A stretch of 64,000 bases of DNA from the NCBI GenBank assembly GCA_044229975.1, contig JBGARZ010000013.1, positions 96,001 through 160,000 of the forward strand, written 5' to 3'. Below are positions 59,908 through 64,000 of the stretch, in pieces; position 1 is the stretch's first letter; each line of letters opens with the position of its first letter. The DNA is from Polyangiales bacterium (GTDB lineage: Bacteria > Myxococcota_A > Polyangia > Polyangiales > Ga0077539). A program made the position numbers and the translations under genes. Under the pieces are notes generated by a model. That model ran no database searches. It saw only the letters and a program-made list of their open reading frames with translations, and was not told the origin of the DNA.

Positions 59908-59957
59908 CGCACCGTCGCATCCTCCGCCCGTCCCCCACAAGGGACGATTGCGGTCCT

Positions 59958-60170
59958 GGGACTCGGAGTGGGCAGTGAGGGAGTCAGAAGAGCCGCAAGG
60001 GGCGGTTGGGCATTGAGGGCGAGAGCGTGAAGCGCTGGGTGAGCACGACCGTTCGAGCCACCACATCACAACCTTGCGCTCGCCTGTGCCTCTCACACCC
60101 GAACTGCACCCCTTGCGACCCTCGCGCCCTTGCGGCTCTTCTGACTCCCTCACTGCCCACTCCGAATCCT
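59958..60170. repeat. Dispersed inverted-repeat element, copy 4 (left core shortened)
   Basis: TCGGAGTGGGCAGTGAGGGAGTCAGAAGAGCCGCAAGGG versus CCCTTGCGGCTCTTCTGACTCCCTCACTGCCCACTCCGA. Confidence 0.88.
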
Positions 60171-60207
60171 CGTGCCGTCGCCCCCGCGAACGTTGTCCTA
60201 TGCGTTC

Positions 60208-61305
60208 ATGCGCTGGTCGTCGTCGGTCGCGTTCGCCCTCTGCCTCTTCGCCACCCGCGCCTCGGCGCAGCACAGCGGCGGTCGCTCGGGCCACAGCAGC
60301 TTCGGCGGCGGATCATCGAGCCACAGCTCATCCTCGTCGTCGCGCTCGTCGTCTTCGTCCTCCTCGTCGCACTCCTCGACGCCGACCCGCGTGGCTCCTT
60401 GGCGACGCATCACGCCGACGGCCACGCCCGGTGAGTTCGCGGCTCCTCCCACCGCCACGGTGACGGTCCCGGCCGAGGAGCGCCTCGCGGTGGCGGTGCT
60501 CCCGACGCTCTACGACCCGCCGTCGGCGCCCGCGGGCGTGGTGGTCTTCGGGCTCTCGTTTGGTGTGCTCGGCGGCCTCGTCTGGGTCGTCACCCGCAAG
60601 CGCCCGCCGCTCCCGCTCGGCACCGCCGGAACACGCCCAGGCCCCTTCCCCGGCTGCGACCTGCGGCGCATCACCATCGGCTTCGACGGCACCGCGCGCC
60701 CCGCTCTCCAGTCGGCGCTGCGCTCCATCTCCACGCGCCTCGACCCTGCCAACCCGCAGGCCCGCCATCAGTCCATTCGTGAGGCGGTCGCGCTGCTCGG
60801 CGCGCACCTCGCGTCGGCGCGCTACGCCTGCGTGCAGTCGAGCGCGATGGCCGTGTCCGCCGCGGCGGGAGCCTTCGAGCGCCTCGCCACCGATCTGCGC
60901 GGTCGCTACCTCGTCGAGGCCGTCTCGAACCAGCAGACGGTGCAGGTGATGCCGGGCGCCGCGCCGCGCGTGGAGGAAGGCGCCGGGATGCTGGTGGTGA
61001 GCGTTCTGGTGGCCAGCACCGAAGACCTCGCCGAGCTCTCGGGCGCCATCTCGCGCGAGGCGCTGTTCGACGCGCTGCAACGGCTCGCTCCGTCGCGCGG
61101 TGAGGCGATGGCGGGCTACGAGCTCATCTGGTCGCCGTCCGAAGACGCCGATCGGATGTCGTCCGCCGAGCTGGAGGTGCGCTACCCCGAGCTCAAGAAG
61201 ATCGACGCGGGCGCGGCCTTCGGGCGGGCCCAGTGCGCGGCCTGCCAGACGGTGTTTGCGCGCGAGCTCGGCCGCTGCCCCCACTGCGGCAACCCTTCGA
61301 CCTGA
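60208..61305 (+). CDS. DUF1517-domain protein with C-terminal Zn ribbon
   Basis: SGGRSG..SFGG after the signal peptide; ELIWSP...D.MS..EL...YPEL; CAAC...CPHC. Confidence 0.75.
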   Translation: MRWSSSVAFALCLFATRASAQHSGGRSGHSSFGGGSSSHSSSSSSRSSSSSSSSHSSTPTRVAPWRRITPTATPGEFAAPPTATVTVPAEERLAVAVLPTLYDPPSAPAGVVVFGLSFGVLGGLVWVVTRKRPPLPLGTAGTRPGPFPGCDLRRITIGFDGTARPALQSALRSISTRLDPANPQARHQSIREAVALLGAHLASARYACVQSSAMAVSAAAGAFERLATDLRGRYLVEAVSNQQTVQVMPGAAPRVEEGAGMLVVSVLVASTEDLAELSGAISREALFDALQRLAPSRGEAMAGYELIWSPSEDADRMSSAELEVRYPELKKIDAGAAFGRAQCAACQTVFARELGRCPHCGNPST

Positions 61306-61338
61306 CCTCACCCTCTCTCATCCCCCATCGGAGTCTTC

Positions 61339-62370
61339 ATGGAACATCGTCAACTCGGACGCTCGGGCCTCAAGGTGCCCGTGCTCAGCCTCGGCACCGG
61401 CACCTTCGGGGGCGTCGGCGCCATGTTCAGCAAGTGGGGCGCGACGGACGTGAGCGAGGCCACGCGCCTCGTCGACGTCTGCCTCGAAGCCGGCCTCAAT
61501 TTCTTCGACACGGCCGACGTGTACTCGAAGGGTGCGGCCGAGGAGATCCTCGGTCAGGCCATCAAGGGGCGGCGCGATGACGTGCTCATCTCCACCAAGG
61601 CGACGTTCACCTCGGGCACCGGGCCCAACGGCAAGGGCTCCTCGCGCTGGCACCTCATCCGCGCCTGCGAGGCCAGCCTCAAGCGCCTCGGCACCGATTA
61701 CATCGACCTGTACTTCATGCACGCCTTCGACGCGCTCACCCCCGTGGACGAGTCGCTGCGCGCGCTCGATGACCTCGTCCGCGCGGGGAAGGTCCGCTAC
61801 GTCGGGTGCTCCAACTTCTCGGGCTGGCACCTGATGAAGGCGCTCGCCACGTCGGAGCGCGAGGGCCTCGGGCGCTACGTCTCGCACCAGGCGTACTACT
61901 CGCTCATCGGGCGGGAGTTCGAGTGGGAGCTCATGCCGCTCGCGCTCGACCAGGGCGTCGGAACCATGGTCTGGAGCCCCCTCGGCTGGGGCCGACTGAC
62001 GGGGAAGATCCGCAGGGGTCAACCGCCGCAGGGCGGGCGCATCCAGCAAGGTGGCGCCGACGGCGGCCCGAAGGTGGACGACGAGTACCTCTACACGGTG
62101 ATGGACGCCCTCGACGCGGTGGCCGCGGAGACGGGCAAGAGCGTCCCGCAGATCGCCCTCAACTGGCTGCTGGGGCGACCGTCGGTGACCAACCTGGTCA
62201 TCGGCGCGCGCAACGAGGAGCAGCTCCGGCAGAACCTCGGCGCCCTCGGCTGGAACCTCACCGCCGAACAGGTCGCGCGCCTCGACGACGCGAGCCGACG
62301 CGAGCCGATCTACCCCTACTGGCACCAGGCCGACTTCGCCGAGCGCAACCCGTTTCCCACCCGCTGGTGA
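61339..62370 (+). CDS. Aldo/keto reductase
   Basis: FFDTADVY, SLKRLGTDYIDLY, GKVRYVGCSN, WSPLG. Confidence 0.95.
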   Translation: MEHRQLGRSGLKVPVLSLGTGTFGGVGAMFSKWGATDVSEATRLVDVCLEAGLNFFDTADVYSKGAAEEILGQAIKGRRDDVLISTKATFTSGTGPNGKGSSRWHLIRACEASLKRLGTDYIDLYFMHAFDALTPVDESLRALDDLVRAGKVRYVGCSNFSGWHLMKALATSEREGLGRYVSHQAYYSLIGREFEWELMPLALDQGVGTMVWSPLGWGRLTGKIRRGQPPQGGRIQQGGADGGPKVDDEYLYTVMDALDAVAAETGKSVPQIALNWLLGRPSVTNLVIGARNEEQLRQNLGALGWNLTAEQVARLDDASRREPIYPYWHQADFAERNPFPTRW

Positions 62371-62413
62371 GCCTCCGCACAAACCTGACAGGAGGCTGAC
62401 ATCGCGCCCTGCG

Positions 62414-63397
62414 ATGCTTCGGCCCATGCACACCCTCCTCCTCGATCGTCCGACGGGCTTCGTCCTCCAGAGCGCGACCGACTTCTACGCGCAGTTCATC
62501 CCGGGTTCGGGCATGGCCGCCGCGTCCACCGACGGCCTCACGCTCGCGTTTCGCCTCGATCGCACCTTCGACGCCGTCGCCGCGCGCCTGCGTGACGAGG
62601 GCGCCCACCTCGTCGTCGACTACGCCGGAACCGACGACGCCGAAGCCGTCCGCGCGCAGCTCGCGCGCATCCTCGGACTGGAGGGCGACACGAACGCGTG
62701 GTGGCAGCTCGGCGCGCGCAACCCGACGGTCGGCGCGCTCCAGCGGGAGTTTCCGGGCTTCCTCACGGCGGCCAAGTCGTCGCCCTACGACGCCGCGACG
62801 TGGTCGGTGATCGCGCCGCGCATCCCGATGCACCTCGCCGCCGCCGTGAAGATGGAGCTCAGCCGCGTCTACGGCGACACCGTGCGCCTCGGCGACGTCG
62901 AGCATCGGGTGTTTCCGCGACCCGAGGTGCTCGTCTCGCTCGCGCGCATCGAGGGCCTCACCGACGAGAAGGTCGCCCGCCTGCGGGGCGTCGCGCAGGC
63001 CGCGCTCGACGGCCGCCTCGACGCCGAGACGCTGCGCCGCCAACCCGAGGATGTCGCCCTGCGCGAGCTCCAGCGCCTCCGCGGCGTCGGCCCCTGGTCC
63101 GCGAGCCACATCTACTACCGCGGCGCGGCGCCCATCGACGCGCTGCCCACCACCGAGCCGCGCGTGCTCCACGGTCTCGCCCACGCGCGCGGCGTCGCGT
63201 CGGTCACCACTGCGGACTTCGTTCGCGAGGCAGGCGACTGGCGGCCCTTCCGGATGTGGGTCGCGGTGCTGCTCTCGCGACACCTCGCGCGGAGCGGCCA
63301 GTGGCATGCGCCGACGCTCGCGTCGGAGCGCGCTCGCAGCGGCCGGGCGCTCGCACGTCGCGTGAGCGGCGCCGCGACACGATCCAGCGACACTTGA
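62414..63397 (+). CDS. AlkA-like HhH DNA glycosylase
   Basis: FPRPE, LRGVGPWSA HhH motif, DALP, WRPFRMW; start 62414 or 62426. Confidence 0.8.
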   Translation: MLRPMHTLLLDRPTGFVLQSATDFYAQFIPGSGMAAASTDGLTLAFRLDRTFDAVAARLRDEGAHLVVDYAGTDDAEAVRAQLARILGLEGDTNAWWQLGARNPTVGALQREFPGFLTAAKSSPYDAATWSVIAPRIPMHLAAAVKMELSRVYGDTVRLGDVEHRVFPRPEVLVSLARIEGLTDEKVARLRGVAQAALDGRLDAETLRRQPEDVALRELQRLRGVGPWSASHIYYRGAAPIDALPTTEPRVLHGLAHARGVASVTTADFVREAGDWRPFRMWVAVLLSRHLARSGQWHAPTLASERARSGRALARRVSGAATRSSDT

Positions 63398-63521
63398 TGG
63401 ACGTCGGGATCGGCGAGGTCCGCGACGGCCGCTCGACGATGCGCCGCAGTTTAGCGATGGGCCGCTCCCGCGCGCCGACAACTCGGGCCGACGCCGGTCA
63501 CCGTGATAGCGTCGCACGCCT

Positions 63522-64000
63522 ATGAACGGCGTCCCGATCACCATGTTCATGCCCTTCGTGGTGCTCATCGTCGTGATCGCGATGGTGATCAACGGGCGGC
63601 GGATGCGCGCCGGCTACCTCGCCGACAACCCCCAGTTCGGCCTCGGCGCGATCGCGCAGCGGCTCGGGCTCCAGTTCGTGCACGGCGACCCCACGTACAA
63701 CATCCTCGTCAACGACCACGACCTGCGGCGATCGGCCGCCATCCCGATGATCGCCGGGATGACCGGCAACACGCAGCCCGTCGAGGCGCGCGCCGTCGGA
63801 CAGCACCGCGGTCACCCCGTGGAGTTCGTCTTCTACGACCAGACGCGCGTCGAGAAGGGGATCATCGAGACCACCTTCTTCCGCACCTTCAACTGCGTCG
63901 TGCAGGTCGGCGTCAACGGGTACGTCCCGCCCTTCGAGATCGTCCTGCGCAACGAGAACGAGTACCTCGTCACCGAGCGCATCATCGATGCGCCCGAGCA
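63522..64000 (+). CDS. Hypothetical membrane-anchored protein, partial
   Basis: Read manually: MNGVPITMFMPFVVLIVVIAM...AQRLGLQFVHGDP; appears open to the window end. Confidence 0.6.
   Translation, partial: MNGVPITMFMPFVVLIVVIAMVINGRRMRAGYLADNPQFGLGAIAQRLGLQFVHGDPTYNILVNDHDLRRSAAIPMIAGMTGNTQPVEARAVGQHRGHPVEFVFYDQTRVEKGIIETTFFRTFNCVVQVGVNGYVPPFEIVLRNENEYLVTERIIDAPE

Noticed and set aside
1..64000. tRNA, rRNA, integrase, prophage or intact transposase genes
   Set aside because: No recognisable signatures by eye; tRNAscan/Infernal would be needed to exclude small RNAs

Overview
Very GC-rich chromosomal window (roughly 70-75% by eye), most likely from a Myxococcota (Polyangiales-like) bacterium, judged from MYXO-CTERM-type proteins, Cys-rich lipoproteins and PilT paralogues. 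Main gene content: HtrA/DegP; a CDP-sugar/methylated-deoxysugar surface-glycan cluster (rfbG, rfbH, GT2, flippase, two C-methyltransferase-like genes, CmcI-like gene, rfbF, rfbC, epimerase/reductase); a MoxR-DUF58-BatA operon; LysR/YceI; PhoD; two tandem PilT-like ATPases; queE; SPFH; isocitrate dehydrogenase; HD-GYP/LuxR; GST; FKBP; aldo/keto reductase; an AlkA-like glycosylase; many lipoproteins. The most unusual signals are non-coding: (1) a ~55% GC array at 20985-21210 of six degenerate ~16-nt repeats at 42/42/42/43/42-nt spacing with unique, mostly hairpin-forming spacers, directly upstream of a MerR-type HTH gene and lying among gene remnants; (2) a 5x43-bp hairpin-forming tandem array upstream of an unknown helical protein; (3) four dispersed copies of a (CGCAAGGG)n inverted-repeat element; (4) an 86-nt REP-like hairpin. 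An alpha-amylase pseudogene and an IS91-like transposase relic were also found. No rRNA, tRNA, cas gene or canonical CRISPR array was seen. All family assignments come from motif recognition by eye, not database searches.
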